This document shows, piece by piece, positions 8,758 to 17,837 of a stretch of 64,000 nucleotides of DNA; within the stretch, counting starts at the first letter, position 1; every line of letters starts with the position of its first letter. Both the position numbers and the translations under genes were made by a program. Source of the stretch: a virus (lineage: Duplodnaviria > Caudoviricetes). The notes beneath the pieces were generated by a model. That model saw only the letters and a program-made list of their open reading frames with translations, was not told the origin of the DNA and ran no database searches. The stretch lies in IMG/VR virus record IMGVR_UViG_3300037313_001869, positions 352,001 to 416,000 of that record; one strand, 5' to 3'.

Positions 8758-9114
8758 TCAGGTGCCCCCGAGAAGCTTCGCCTTCGCCCGGGCGAGCGCC
8801 TCGGGGTCATGCCCGAGCACCTCGGCCAGCACCCGAAGCTGAGCATCCCGGGTCCTCTCGGCCTCGACCTCGGTGGGGTTTCTGAACCGGCGTACGTCCT
8901 CGACGGCCTCGGCCGCCGCTTCGGCCGGGTCGGTCGCGTGGTAGCCCCGGAAGGTGCGAGTCAGGGCCGGCTTGCCCTTGTTCGCCCTCACGACGACGAA
9001 GATCGCCGCCTCCCAGACGAACGCCCCTTCAAGCTTCGAGAACGTGAACGAGACGTTCTCTTCGGTGACGCTGGCCTTCTTGGCCGTTTCGATGACAAGC
9101 TGGGTGAGGTCCAT
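8758..9114 (-). CDS. hypothetical protein
   Basis: ORF after class I motif. Confidence 0.75.
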   Translation of the reverse strand: MDLTQLVIETAKKASVTEENVSFTFSKLEGAFVWEAAIFVVVRANKGKPALTRTFRGYHATDPAEAAAEAVEDVRRFRNPTEVEAERTRDAQLRVLAEVLGHDPEALARAKAKLLGGT

Positions 9115-9125
9115 GGCAGTCTCCT

Positions 9126-9152
9126 AGACGGACGAGAGCCGGCGCCCTTTCC
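9126..9152 (-). promoter_or_regulatory. class I promoter-like motif
   Basis: GGAAA-N17-CGTCT. Confidence 0.7.
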
Positions 9153-9203
9153 GGTCTCCCCGGTCGAACGCCAGCACGACCAGCGCCGCGAACAAGAGCC
9201 AGC

Positions 9204-9647
9204 TCACTTGGTCGCCTCGGGCCCGAGCCACTCCTCGGCAAAAACCACGCGGTAGAACGTGCCGCCGGGCCCGCCCCAGGTCGAGATTTCGTCGCGATGG
9301 AGGTAGAAGAAGCGCGAGACCGCGTCCCTCCAGGCCGAGTCGTGGTCGCCGATCTTCGTCCAGGCGCTCTCGCCCTTCCGGTAGCCCTTGCCGGGCTTCG
9401 GCTCCTCGGTCTTCTCGTCGAGGTCCTCTTCAGGGATCACGTCCCACCGCTCCCGCTCGAAGACCCGAACGTAGTTCATCGGGGCAAAGAGCAGAAGATC
9501 CCGCGACCGGTAACCCTCTTCGCCCTCGCGGGTGTCGATGTTCACGGTCACGACCATAGCGCGGGGCCGCTCCTGCTGAGCCTGGAACTTCCCCGCCTCT
9601 TTCATGAAGGTCTGGCAGACCACGTCGGCCAGGAGATGATGAAGCAT
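9204..9647 (-). CDS. hypothetical protein
   Basis: ORF in operon. Confidence 0.7.
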   Translation of the reverse strand: MLHHLLADVVCQTFMKEAGKFQAQQERPRAMVVTVNIDTREGEEGYRSRDLLLFAPMNYVRVFERERWDVIPEEDLDEKTEEPKPGKGYRKGESAWTKIGDHDSAWRDAVSRFFYLHRDEISTWGGPGGTFYRVVFAEEWLGPEATK

Positions 9648-9650
9648 GGG

Positions 9651-9812
9651 TCACTCGTCTTTCAGGTAGTCACGCTGGCGGTTACGGGCGCCGCCCCGCC
9701 CTTCGGTCCGGTGCTTCATCGTGGTCGTGGTGCGGCTGTAGCGAGCCGCCATCGCGACCACGATGGGGTTTTGGGGGAGCTTCGGCTGGGCCTTCTTGGT
9801 CTTCTTGCTCAT
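9651..9812 (-). CDS. small basic protein
   Basis: MSKKTKK 7 nt after class I motif. Confidence 0.7.
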   Translation of the reverse strand: MSKKTKKAQPKLPQNPIVVAMAARYSRTTTTMKHRTEGRGGARNRQRDYLKDE

Positions 9813-9819
9813 AGGCGAG

Positions 9820-9846
9820 AGACGTGCGAGGCCCGGGCTGTTTTCC
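9820..9846 (-). promoter_or_regulatory. class I promoter-like motif
   Basis: GGAAA-N17-CGTCT. Confidence 0.75.
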
Positions 9847-9849
9847 AAA

Positions 9850-10251
9850 CTACTTGATCAGCTCGACCAGGTCCGCGAAGATCGAGGCAACCTCGGAATG
9901 GCCGTTCGCGTGCCCCAGCTCGTACGCTTTGGCAAAGCAGAGGTCGGCCTTCGGGTTCTTGGTCACGTCGTGGTAGAGCAGGAGATCCCGGCGAAACTCG
10001 ACATCGAGCCTTGCCTGATCCCGATTGCAAGCGGTCATGGCGGACTGGCCCCCGCGCCAGTCGAGCTTGGTCTTGTAGTAGTCGTTGTCGAGCTTCTCCC
10101 GGAACGCGAGGACGAGCGTGGTCTCCTCGGGAGAAGACCCGCGGGCCTTCTTCTCCGGCTTGATCTTCTTCAGGGCCGGGGGCTTCTTCGCCGGAGAAGG
10201 GGCGTCGTCCTCGCTGATGCGGTCAAACCGGGTCTTCTGGCTTTTTGCCAT
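9850..10251 (-). CDS. hypothetical protein, N-terminal TRFDR motif
   Basis: MAKSQKTRFDRISEDD. Confidence 0.75.
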   Translation of the reverse strand: MAKSQKTRFDRISEDDAPSPAKKPPALKKIKPEKKARGSSPEETTLVLAFREKLDNDYYKTKLDWRGGQSAMTACNRDQARLDVEFRRDLLLYHDVTKNPKADLCFAKAYELGHANGHSEVASIFADLVELIK

Positions 10252-10274
10252 GGCATGGGCTCCTTGAACGGGAG

Positions 10275-10301
10275 AGACGTTCGAGGCGTCTCGGTTTTTC
10301 C
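10275..10301 (-). promoter_or_regulatory. class I promoter-like motif
   Basis: GGAAA-N17-CGTCT. Confidence 0.7.
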
Positions 10302-10306
10302 CTGAT

Positions 10307-10654
10307 TCAACGTCGCGAAGATGCCAGCCTCGCAGCGCTGTCTCGGAGCGCGAACCGGTCCATCGAAGCCACCGGCCCTTCCGGCAGACCTTCGACGCTG
10401 CTCGCCCGGACGTAGAGCACGAGCACGGGCGTATCGCGCCAATCGATAAGCCAGGGCCGCTCCCGCATGGCTTCCAGGGTCACGACGACGATCGTGCGCC
10501 GGTCCCAGCCCTCTTGCTCCAGGGCTTCGCCGCTCTTCACCAGGACCCAGCGGAACTCGGGCCGGTACATCCAGGCTTCCGGGTCTTCCTCGGGCGCGGT
10601 CTCCATCGTCACGTCCAGGATTCCGCCGGGCTTCCAGGTGGTGTGCGGGCACAT
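10307..10654 (-). CDS. hypothetical protein
   Basis: ORF in tight operon. Confidence 0.65.
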   Translation of the reverse strand: MCPHTTWKPGGILDVTMETAPEEDPEAWMYRPEFRWVLVKSGEALEQEGWDRRTIVVVTLEAMRERPWLIDWRDTPVLVLYVRASSVEGLPEGPVASMDRFALRDSAARLASSRR

Positions 10655-10656
10655 AC

Positions 10657-10929
10657 TCAGAGCCCCGGGACGTGGATCACGATGTAGCCCGAATCGCAGA
10701 TGACCGCGTCACGCTGGACGTAGCAGGCAAACGATTCGTAAGGCTCTGCCGACGCGGGCCTTTCCTTCTTCAGGTGCGGCCGGAACGCCACGCTCGAAGC
10801 CTCGGTGATCGGCTCGCCGTCGGGGTAGGCGGCCTCTTCTTTGACCAGTTCCGCGATGATGATCCGCCCCGCTTGCTCGAAGGTGGGGGCGTGGCCAACG
10901 TGGCGGCGGCCTTCTTTGATGCTCAGCAT
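10657..10929 (-). CDS. hypothetical protein
   Basis: ORF in tight operon. Confidence 0.7.
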   Translation of the reverse strand: MLSIKEGRRHVGHAPTFEQAGRIIIAELVKEEAAYPDGEPITEASSVAFRPHLKKERPASAEPYESFACYVQRDAVICDSGYIVIHVPGL

Positions 10930-10932
10930 GGC

Positions 10933-11121
10933 TCAGAGGGTCTCTCCGGTAAGAACACGGTAGAAGCGATCAGGCGGAGGGTCCTCGATGGTCACCCCAT
11001 CGTCGCCGCAGGTGATGATCGATGCCGAGAGACCCATGACCTCCGCGAGCGTCTGCCACTTCACGTCGACATCGACCGAGATCCGGATCGGCCCCGTTCT
11101 TCCGGGCAGGTACTCCGGCAT
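10933..11121 (-). CDS. hypothetical protein
   Basis: ORF in tight operon. Confidence 0.65.
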   Translation of the reverse strand: MPEYLPGRTGPIRISVDVDVKWQTLAEVMGLSASIITCGDDGVTIEDPPPDRFYRVLTGETL

Positions 11122-11124
11122 TGC

Positions 11125-11580
11125 TCAGCTCCCCCGGAGAAGGCGAAAGCGCTCGACCGCCTCGGCGAGGTCGTCGTCTTCGATATGCCCGAGCCGGCTC
11201 TCGTTCGGAGAGAGGGCGTTGCGGAGGAGCTGCCCGAGCCGCTGCTCCTTGTACTTCGGCTGCGTCCAGATCCACAAGATCCGCTCGACGATCTGCCGCT
11301 TCTGATCGTCGGTGACGGCCCGGCCGCGTGGTGAGATCGCCACGTTCACGATGTCGAGGTCGTCGAGGAGGTTGTCGCCCGCGCCGTTGTCGACCTCGTC
11401 GCCGAGGTCCCGGAAGGAAGCGAGCAAGGAGCTGTAGAGAACGGCAAGCTGGGCCGGCGAGAGGTGCTCGCGCAAGTACCTGCCGTGCTCTAGCCAAGTC
11501 CGGGCTGTCGAGCCCTGCAAGAGGTCCCGGAGCCGCCCGGTCATGGCTTGGGCGTTTGCCCGGGCCTCTTCGAGGGTCAT
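11125..11580 (-). CDS. hypothetical protein
   Basis: ATGA overlap; contains RLGQLL motif. Confidence 0.7.
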   Translation of the reverse strand: MTLEEARANAQAMTGRLRDLLQGSTARTWLEHGRYLREHLSPAQLAVLYSSLLASFRDLGDEVDNGAGDNLLDDLDIVNVAISPRGRAVTDDQKRQIVERILWIWTQPKYKEQRLGQLLRNALSPNESRLGHIEDDDLAEAVERFRLLRGS

Positions 11581-11774
11581 GGGTGCGCGAATCCCTCCCG
11601 GATCATCCGGGCTAGGTGGTTGGCCATTGTCCGGTGGTCGCTTGGGGTCCCGCTGGTCACCAGGATGCGTCTCCCCGCTTCGGGGGGCACGAACCGCCAG
11701 TGGCTCTTTCGTGTCCTCTCCACCTTCCACCCCTGCCTTCGCGCCTCTCGGATCACCTTTGCTAGATCGTCCAT
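11577..11774 (-). CDS. HicA-like mRNA interferase fold protein
   Basis: GWKVERTRKSHWRF.PP....VTSGTPSD.R...N. Confidence 0.65.
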   Translation of the reverse strand: MDDLAKVIREARRQGWKVERTRKSHWRFVPPEAGRRILVTSGTPSDHRTMANHLARMIREGFAHP

Positions 11775-11790
11775 GGGTCACGCTTTCTTT

Positions 11791-12327
11791 CTACACCGGG
11801 GTTGTGGTCTCAGGCTGGGCTGGGGCCTCGCCCTTTTCGAGCGCCGCGATCTCGCTCTCGATCTTGCGAGTCTTCTCCCGAAGGACCGAGAGCGTCACCT
11901 GAAGGGAACGGACGCGCTCGCTCGTCATCTTGCGCTTCTCCTTGGCGTACGAGATCGCCTGACGAGCCGTCGGGAGCGCCTGGAGGATGACGTAATCCTC
12001 GGTGAGGACCATCACCACGCCGAACCAGCGCTTACGCCGCAGGGCGCCGCGCGAGGTCCGGTAGTCGGCCGCGAACTCCAGGGCATCGAACACGTCGAGC
12101 GCCCCGACCATGTAGAAGCACTCGCCCCGCGCCGGGTCGAGAAAGTCCCGGGAGAGTCCCCCGGGCTTGGTCGGATCGATGCCAATGATCGCAACCCAGT
12201 TGCTCCCCCGCTCGTGCGTCTCGTGGATCGGTACCTCCATGAGGGCGCCGTTCGCCACGGCAAGCTTCACCGGCTCGGCGGGGGCCGTCGACACATTCAG
12301 AGGGGCTTTGCGTACTGGGGTGGTCAT
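11791..12327 (-). CDS. hypothetical protein with C-terminal coiled coil
   Basis: ORF. Confidence 0.75.
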   Translation of the reverse strand: MTTPVRKAPLNVSTAPAEPVKLAVANGALMEVPIHETHERGSNWVAIIGIDPTKPGGLSRDFLDPARGECFYMVGALDVFDALEFAADYRTSRGALRRKRWFGVVMVLTEDYVILQALPTARQAISYAKEKRKMTSERVRSLQVTLSVLREKTRKIESEIAALEKGEAPAQPETTTPV

Positions 12328-12376
12328 GGGGTGCCTACGTGCTCTCTCGGAAGGGCTCTGCCAAGTCCGGTAGTTT

Positions 12377-12673
12377 TCAGCCGTAGTCGGGGTCAGGGTG
12401 GGCGTGCTGCTCCCCGTATTCCTTCTGGAGCTTGTCTTGCTGATCTCGCAAGAAGTCCCAGTTGTACCCCGTGTCCGGCCGCTCCTCGATGGTGATGAAG
12501 AGCCCGTAGCTCTCCTGTTTGACCTTCGAGACGATGGCCCAGCCGCCCGCGAAGTCGTCCTCGCCGTGGTCGATGTACCACGCGCTCGGAACGTAGATCC
12601 GGTCGCCTACCTGGGGCGGGTCGTTCCGTGTTTTCTCTGTGTCGCCTGCGATCCGATCGAAACGGGTTGCCAT
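12377..12673 (-). CDS. hypothetical protein, N-terminal TRFDR motif
   Basis: MATRFDRIAGD; GGTGTAG upstream. Confidence 0.75.
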   Translation of the reverse strand: MATRFDRIAGDTEKTRNDPPQVGDRIYVPSAWYIDHGEDDFAGGWAIVSKVKQESYGLFITIEERPDTGYNWDFLRDQQDKLQKEYGEQHAHPDPDYG

Positions 12674-12682
12674 ACGGTAGAG

Positions 12683-12970
12683 CTACACCGGCGGCTCTCG
12701 GTAGTAGCGGGGCAGGGTCATCGGAAGGGCCGAGATTTTCCAGCCCTGCGCGGCCAGGGCCTCGAAGGCAAAGCGCCGGACCTCGCTGTTATCGAACACT
12801 AGCTCCGCTCCCCACCAGCCTACCTCGACCACCCCAGCCCGTAGGCTCGTCTCTCCGATCTGAAGGGTCATCCCGGCCCGCAAGTTCTTGCGCCAGAAGG
12901 CCGCTTCGTGCTCCCGAGGCTCTCGCTTTCGGAAGAGATTCCACAGACTAAACGGGAGCTTCACGGTCAA
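12683..12970 (-). CDS. hypothetical protein, RFDR-type tail
   Basis: ends LPRYYREPPV; start uncertain. Confidence 0.65.
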   Translation of the reverse strand: MTVKLPFSLWNLFRKREPREHEAAFWRKNLRAGMTLQIGETSLRAGVVEVGWWGAELVFDNSEVRRFAFEALAAQGWKISALPMTLPRYYREPPV

Positions 12971-13490
12971 ACCTCGTGGGTACCGGTTCGATCAGGTAGT
13001 AGGCGGCGAGGTCTTCGAGCCTCACCCGGAGCTTCTCGCCCGAGGGACACACGACCTCGGCTTCGTCTTCCTCGTCGAGCACCTGAAGGACCGTGACGAG
13101 CCCCCGCTTGGGGTACCGGACGTTTGTACCCTTGCAAAGCCTCGCCCTCAAGTAGCAGACGTGGTCGTTCACTTCATCGACGAAGGCTTCTCCGTCCTTC
13201 GGGGTCCAGCCGGGCGGGGGCTCGCCGCGAAACCGCACCCAGTAGGCCGTGTAGAGGAGGTTGTCAGCTTCGTCGAACAAGGCGTTCTTGCTCGCCAGGG
13301 TCCCGCTGAGCGTCGCCCGATCCGAGACCCGATCGTACTCGGCGACCAGGGCTTCGTAGGTCCAGACCCGGGGTGGTCGGGTCTCTCCCGTTCTCGCGTG
13401 CTCCATCTTCCGGTCGAGGCAGTCGCCGCAAAGAAGGGGCGAGCCGGGCTTGATGCGGCACCCCAAGCATTCGACGAACGGCTCGCCCAT
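12948..13490 (-). CDS. zinc-finger hypothetical protein, RFDR tail
   Basis: CLGC/CGDC; ends PTRFDREAPV. Confidence 0.75.
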   Translation of the reverse strand: MGEPFVECLGCRIKPGSPLLCGDCLDRKMEHARTGETRPPRVWTYEALVAEYDRVSDRATLSGTLASKNALFDEADNLLYTAYWVRFRGEPPPGWTPKDGEAFVDEVNDHVCYLRARLCKGTNVRYPKRGLVTVLQVLDEEDEAEVVCPSGEKLRVRLEDLAAYYLIEPVPTRFDREAPV

Positions 13491-13493
13491 CGC

Positions 13494-13799
13494 TCAGATC
13501 CTTTCGTAGCGGCTCGGGAACCGGGCCCGTGCGGCCTGCTCTTGTTCGATCTCCCACTCGATCTGCGCAAACCAGAGGTCGAACTCCTCCCGGGCAGCGA
13601 GGTTCTCCGGCAGACGAAAGGTCCATACGCCCGCCGCGTAGGAGGTGCTCAAGAAGCCCTGGTAGGTGAGGCTCTCCGCCTCCGGGCTAGCGGCCTCCCT
13701 CGCCTCGGTGATGGCCCCCTGCGCGAGGAGCCTCTGAAGAAACGCTAGCTCCTTCGGCGTCGGTCGGTAGCTCTTTTGCATCGTCAACCTCACTCGCAT
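13494..13799 (-). CDS. hypothetical protein, RFDR-type tail
   Basis: ends PSRYERI. Confidence 0.75.
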   Translation of the reverse strand: MRVRLTMQKSYRPTPKELAFLQRLLAQGAITEAREAASPEAESLTYQGFLSTSYAAGVWTFRLPENLAAREEFDLWFAQIEWEIEQEQAARARFPSRYERI

Positions 13800-14100
13800 C
13801 GCCTACCCTCTCGTACCTCGTTGGAAGCGCTTCGTGCTCCGCTTCGGCCTTCGCTTCCTCGTCGAGCTGCTTCAGGACCTTCATGTCCTCGGAAAGCCTC
13901 ATGAATGCCTGGGTGATGAGGTCGAAGCCCCGGGCCCTCACCGCCCACGAAGCCCCGTACGGTGCCTGGGGCAGGGCGTCCAGCTCGGCTCTTTCGGGCG
14001 GGTCCTCCCCGGCTTCCTCTCGAACCCTCGCCTTCTCGGCCTCCTGGGCTTCGGCCGCTTTCAGGGTTTGGGTGATGCTCTCTTCGAGGTCCTTGTCCAT
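13687..14100 (-). CDS. hypothetical protein with PTRYERV motif
   Basis: MDKDLEE; ORF runs 113 nt into the next gene. Confidence 0.6.
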   Translation of the reverse strand: MDKDLEESITQTLKAAEAQEAEKARVREEAGEDPPERAELDALPQAPYGASWAVRARGFDLITQAFMRLSEDMKVLKQLDEEAKAEAEHEALPTRYERVGDASEVDDAKELPTDAEGASVSSEAPRAGGHHRGEGGR

Positions 14101-14108
14101 CGCTTCTT

Positions 14109-14492
14109 TTACACCCGTTCGTACCGGAGCCGTGGGGCGCCCACCTGCCATTTCACCACCTCGTCGAGGGGCCAGACGTGGTAGGCGCCCCCGTGGCATT
14201 GGGGGCGAAACCGGATATCCTCGCGCTCGATCGAATCGACCTGGATCGACTCCCCGTTGTAGTGCCGGAGAAAGGCCCCTGGGTGGACCCAGGCGAGCAG
14301 GGCCGTCACAGCCGGGTTCTCGGGGCGCTCCGGTACCCGGCAGAAAAGCGGCTGAGCCGCCCGGGGCTTCAGCCCCGCGGCCTCGATCTTCGCCCGGAGC
14401 TTCTCTGTGGCCACGGCCTTCCGCCGCCGGTCCACGAGCCAGTTCGCCACCGGGCCGTCCAGGATCTCTCGCTCGTAGCGGGTCGGGGCCAT
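14109..14492 (-). CDS. hypothetical protein, motif at both termini
   Basis: MAPTRYERE ... PRLRYERV. Confidence 0.75.
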   Translation of the reverse strand: MAPTRYEREILDGPVANWLVDRRRKAVATEKLRAKIEAAGLKPRAAQPLFCRVPERPENPAVTALLAWVHPGAFLRHYNGESIQVDSIEREDIRFRPQCHGGAYHVWPLDEVVKWQVGAPRLRYERV

Positions 14493-14908
14493 CAGATCGG
14501 CTCGTCCCGGTCGAACCGGGTTGGGGGTGGCGGGGGCGGCGGCGCTTTCGGGAGGTTGCCCGTGCTCGACGAGCGGTAGATCATCCCCTCTTTCTGGAGC
14601 TGGCTGATCAGCCTATGAACGACAGAGAAGTCCTGCCCCGAGGTCGTGACGGGCGGGTCCGGGTGGTAGACCGTGACCCCTTCCGATCGCAGAGCCTCGA
14701 CGGCCCCGACTCTTCCCGGTTCCCAGGGCCCGAGCGGGATCTCTCGGCAGGGGTTCCGGCCGATCGAAGGAGGCGGGAGGAGGGTGCCTGGCTCGGCCGG
14801 AGGGGGCGGCAGGATCACGACTCGCCCTTCGGCGAGGAGCCGTCGCATTTCTTCGAGCGAGGGCGGGAGCGACGCGGCTTCGGAGGCGAGGTCGATTCGG
14901 GTGGGCAT
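14492..14908 (-). CDS. Pro-rich hypothetical protein, RFDR tail
   Basis: ends PPPTRFDRDEPI; start uncertain. Confidence 0.65.
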   Translation of the reverse strand: MPTRIDLASEAASLPPSLEEMRRLLAEGRVVILPPPPAEPGTLLPPPSIGRNPCREIPLGPWEPGRVGAVEALRSEGVTVYHPDPPVTTSGQDFSVVHRLISQLQKEGMIYRSSSTGNLPKAPPPPPPPTRFDRDEPI

Positions 14909-15309
14909 TCGAGGTTGATCCTCTCGTAACGGGTCAGGCGGTCGTCGAGGTGCGCTGCGCCGCACGGGCCCCGGCGCTTGCTCGGTTTGGTGATGCCACG
15001 GTCTTCGAGGGCCCGCACGAACCGGCTCCGCTGGGCCCGTGCGGCGGCCTCTTCTTCGTCAAAGAACGCGCCAGCCTTCATCAAGGTGAAGAAGAACGTT
15101 TGCCGGAGCTTTTCGCGGGGGTTCCTCCCGGGCCAGACCTCATTGAGCTGATCGAGGTGCCGCATGGCGTTCTTGTAGGTTTGGTCCAGCTCTTGGATCA
15201 CCTCGGTCTCGCCCCGCATCTGAAGGAACCCGATGGTCTCGGCGAGAAGCCGAGCGAGCTTGTCGGGATCTTCACGAGCCGCAACGACACGCTGACGAAA
15301 CCGTTTCAC
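14815..15309 (-). CDS. hypothetical protein with TRYERI motif
   Basis: GTG start after GGTGTC motif. Confidence 0.65.
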   Translation of the reverse strand: MKRFRQRVVAAREDPDKLARLLAETIGFLQMRGETEVIQELDQTYKNAMRHLDQLNEVWPGRNPREKLRQTFFFTLMKAGAFFDEEEAAARAQRSRFVRALEDRGITKPSKRRGPCGAAHLDDRLTRYERINLECPPESTSPPKPRRSRPRSKKCDGSSPKGES

Positions 15310-15353
15310 GTCTTCTAAGACACCGATCCCCCGGTGTCAGAGAGAGCACGGCC

Positions 15354-15617
15354 ATGAGCTACCGCGAACCTGCCCCCGTAGAGGCTCTTCCCGAGCCCCA
15401 GAAGCGCTCGTTCCGTCTGCCCCGGGCCTTGCGCCTGTCCGACGGGGCCGTCCGGTTCTGGCTCATCGTAGGCGCCTCGGTGCTCGGAAACGGGGTCAGT
15501 CACCTCTGCATCGCTTTCAAGGCCGGTGGCTCGCTCGCGGCACCGGTGGCCCTGCTGGTCATCGGTGCCGTCCTCCTCGTCGTGACGATCGTGTGGGCGA
15601 TCCTGAGCGACCCCTGA
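15354..15617 (+). CDS. 2-TM membrane protein
   Basis: two hydrophobic segments; N-terminal YREPAP. Confidence 0.75.
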   Translation: MSYREPAPVEALPEPQKRSFRLPRALRLSDGAVRFWLIVGASVLGNGVSHLCIAFKAGGSLAAPVALLVIGAVLLVVTIVWAILSDP

Positions 15618-16024
15618 TGCCCAAGATCGACAAGAGCTGGTACGCGATCTGCTGGGAGGTCCCCTTCTGCCCCGCGTGCGACTGGGCCGCCTACGAAGCG
15701 TGGTGGGCCTCGGGTGACCGGGAAGAAGAGCAAGAGCAGCTCATCCGGCTCGCCCACGCCCGAGCCCACCCTGACCGTTACCCCACCATCACCTTTGCCG
15801 ACGAGCCCATGACCTACCGCAACCCCGCCCCCATCGAGCCGACCGAACCCCAGCCGAAGCCTCTCGACCTCGAACGTTTCACCCCGGGCCGGGTCTTCGG
15901 TACCATGGCGGCCGGCTTCCTCGCGATCGTCGGGCTTCTCACCTTGGAGTTCGGCACGCAGGTCCTCGGCTGCGCCGCGCTCTTCGTGATCTTCCTCGTC
16001 CTCGTCGCCTTCATCCCCCAGTGA
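15617..16024 (+). CDS. membrane protein (possible internal start MTYRNPAP)
   Basis: TGATG overlap; two C-terminal TM segments. Confidence 0.65.
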   Translation: MPKIDKSWYAICWEVPFCPACDWAAYEAWWASGDREEEQEQLIRLAHARAHPDRYPTITFADEPMTYRNPAPIEPTEPQPKPLDLERFTPGRVFGTMAAGFLAIVGLLTLEFGTQVLGCAALFVIFLVLVAFIPQ

Positions 16025-16272
16025 AAGAACCCATGTACGAGATCGTCACCCGCCAGGTCTACTCTCGCAAGAAGCTCGCCCTCGTCACGCTACGGGAGAT
16101 CGAGCCCGTGACGCACGAGGTCCTGAAGGAGAGCGCCCGGCCCCCGGTTGGCACGACCCTCCGCGACCAGCTCGGCAACCTCTGGAAAGTGAAGAGCCAC
16201 GTCGGCGCGGCCGTGGCTCTTTCGGGTCCGAGCGATCTGCCTTCGGGCAACTACTTCGAGACGGGGAAGTGA
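16021..16272 (+). CDS. hypothetical protein
   Basis: GTGA overlap. Confidence 0.65.
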   Translation: MKEPMYEIVTRQVYSRKKLALVTLREIEPVTHEVLKESARPPVGTTLRDQLGNLWKVKSHVGAAVALSGPSDLPSGNYFETGK

Positions 16273-16451
16273 GCCCCACGCAGGGGCCGGCCCCGCGAGG
16301 TCTTTTCCTTGGGGGCGCCCTGCTTCTCTAGCGCCGCCCGGAGCTTCGCCTCGTCGCCGAAGGTCCGGTAGCTGTAGCCCTGCTCCAGGTGCCGGACCTT
16401 CCAGGCGCCGGGCCCGTCCTCGACCGCCTCCATGGGCCCGACCTGGATCAT
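16251..16451 (-). CDS. hypothetical protein
   Basis: ATGA overlap, MIQVGP. Confidence 0.55.
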   Translation of the reverse strand: MIQVGPMEAVEDGPGAWKVRHLEQGYSYRTFGDEAKLRAALEKQGAPKEKTSRGRPLRGAHFPVSK

Positions 16452-17011
16452 GCGCTCAGGGTTTCGGTCGGGCTCGCGAGCGACGGGGACGAAGGCGTGG
16501 GCGATGATGACGACGGGTCGCTCGCGGGTGAGAGGACGGGGGCGCTCTTGGGCGACCGGGGCCGGGGGGACCTCTTCGCCTTTTCCTTCGGGGCGTTCGG
16601 CTCCTTCGAGATCGAGAACGCCTTGGTCTTCTCGTCCTTCACCAGCATCCGGTCCTTCCTCAGGTGGTAGAGGACGTTGTAGACCTTCGTTTTGTCCTCC
16701 CCCGCCGTCCCCAGAAGCTTCAGCAGGGCCCGGGTCTTCATCGGGCCGCGGTCCTGGATCAGGTCGTAGACCTGCTTCCGAAGGCCGGTGTGCGGCCCTC
16801 CGACCGGGCCGCGGGACGGGGCGGGGGGCACGCCGGGGTTCGCCGCCCTCCGCGAGAAAGGGCCCGGGGGCGCCTCCTGGCCCGACGCGGTCTCGATGTC
16901 CGTGGCGACGGAGGAGAGCAGCCGGAGAGCCACCTCCGGCGAGAGCGGCGCGAGCGTCCGAAGGACCTCCGCCTTGATCTGGGCCTGCTCGGCCAACGCT
17001 TGGATAGCCAT
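16448..17011 (-). CDS. winged-helix DNA-binding protein
   Basis: VYDLIQDRGPMKTRALLKLLG...VYNVLYHLRKDRML. Confidence 0.6.
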   Translation of the reverse strand: MAIQALAEQAQIKAEVLRTLAPLSPEVALRLLSSVATDIETASGQEAPPGPFSRRAANPGVPPAPSRGPVGGPHTGLRKQVYDLIQDRGPMKTRALLKLLGTAGEDKTKVYNVLYHLRKDRMLVKDEKTKAFSISKEPNAPKEKAKRSPRPRSPKSAPVLSPASDPSSSSPTPSSPSLASPTETLSA

Positions 17012-17020
17012 GGCTCCTGT

Positions 17021-17434
17021 CTACACCGGGTCGGGCCGATCGAAACGGGTCTCGGCGAGCGGGCGATAGAAGGACTCGATCGACCAGAGGTGCATCGTCA
17101 GTGTCGCCCCGTCCGGGACCCGCGCGAGCACCAGGCTCTTGTTGACCATGCCCACCACCTCGAAGACCTCTTCTTTGGCCTTCTTGTCCATCTTGCCGAT
17201 GACGAACTTTCCCCGGTAGAGCCACGGGGGCACAGACGAGAGCCGGCGCTCGCGGAGAAGGGAAAGCACCCCCTCGACCGGGAAGCGCCGTTTGTGAATG
17301 AGGGGCCGTAGCTCGTCGGCGAGGTACCGTTCGTCCTCGGTCGAAAAGCCCCCCTTCACGAGGCTTTTCGCTAGCTCCCTCGCCGTCGTCGCCGCCTCGA
17401 TGAGCGGGATGCGTGGGTCGTCTCCCTGGCTCAT
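17021..17434 (-). CDS. hypothetical protein, RFDR tail
   Basis: ends ETRFDRPDPV. Confidence 0.75.
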   Translation of the reverse strand: MSQGDDPRIPLIEAATTARELAKSLVKGGFSTEDERYLADELRPLIHKRRFPVEGVLSLLRERRLSSVPPWLYRGKFVIGKMDKKAKEEVFEVVGMVNKSLVLARVPDGATLTMHLWSIESFYRPLAETRFDRPDPV

Positions 17435-17631
17435 AGCGGATCTTCCCTGTCGAAGCGGGGCAAGGGTACCGGCTCGTAGTCGTCGAGCACTGAGCGGGGA
17501 CGGACCTTGATCGTGGCCCCGTCGCGGTAGGCCACGTTGCCCATCTCGGTGAGGCGCGGAAACTCCTCGTCGGGCAGTACGAGGATGGTCCTGTTGGTGC
17601 GCGGGTTGCGGTAGGGTCTTGGCGGGGGCAT
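17431..17631 (-). CDS. hypothetical protein, RFDR tail
   Basis: ends LPRFDREDPL. Confidence 0.75.
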   Translation of the reverse strand: MPPPRPYRNPRTNRTILVLPDEEFPRLTEMGNVAYRDGATIKVRPRSVLDDYEPVPLPRFDREDPL

Positions 17632-17642
17632 GGCCCCTTCTG

Positions 17643-17837
17643 TTACACCCGAGCGAAACGAGTCGGGGGCTCGGGCCGGAAGAGCGCATCAAACGACTCC
17701 TTCGGCCAAAACCCCCGCCTACCCCACATATCCTCGACCACCATCACCGGCTCGACGCCGGGCCCGGGCCTGCGGATCTCGACAAGCGTGACTACCTCGT
17801 CGCTCGAAAGGCACAGGTACGTCCGGGGGCGCCTCAC
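17643..17837 (-). CDS. hypothetical protein, RF tail
   Basis: ends PTRFARV; start uncertain. Confidence 0.55.
   Translation of the reverse strand: MRRPRTYLCLSSDEVVTLVEIRRPGPGVEPVMVVEDMWGRRGFWPKESFDALFRPEPPTRFARV

Noticed and set aside
13687-14908. Additional recoded stops (GTA or GAA) at two run-on ORFs near 13803 and 14908
   Set aside because: GTA and GAA occur as ordinary sense codons elsewhere. These show that some run-on overlaps exist without TTA, which is a caveat to the TTA finding.
16448-17011. Z-alpha (Z-DNA-binding) domain
   Set aside because: The winged-helix pattern fits, but the diagnostic Asn register and wing Trp are not conserved.
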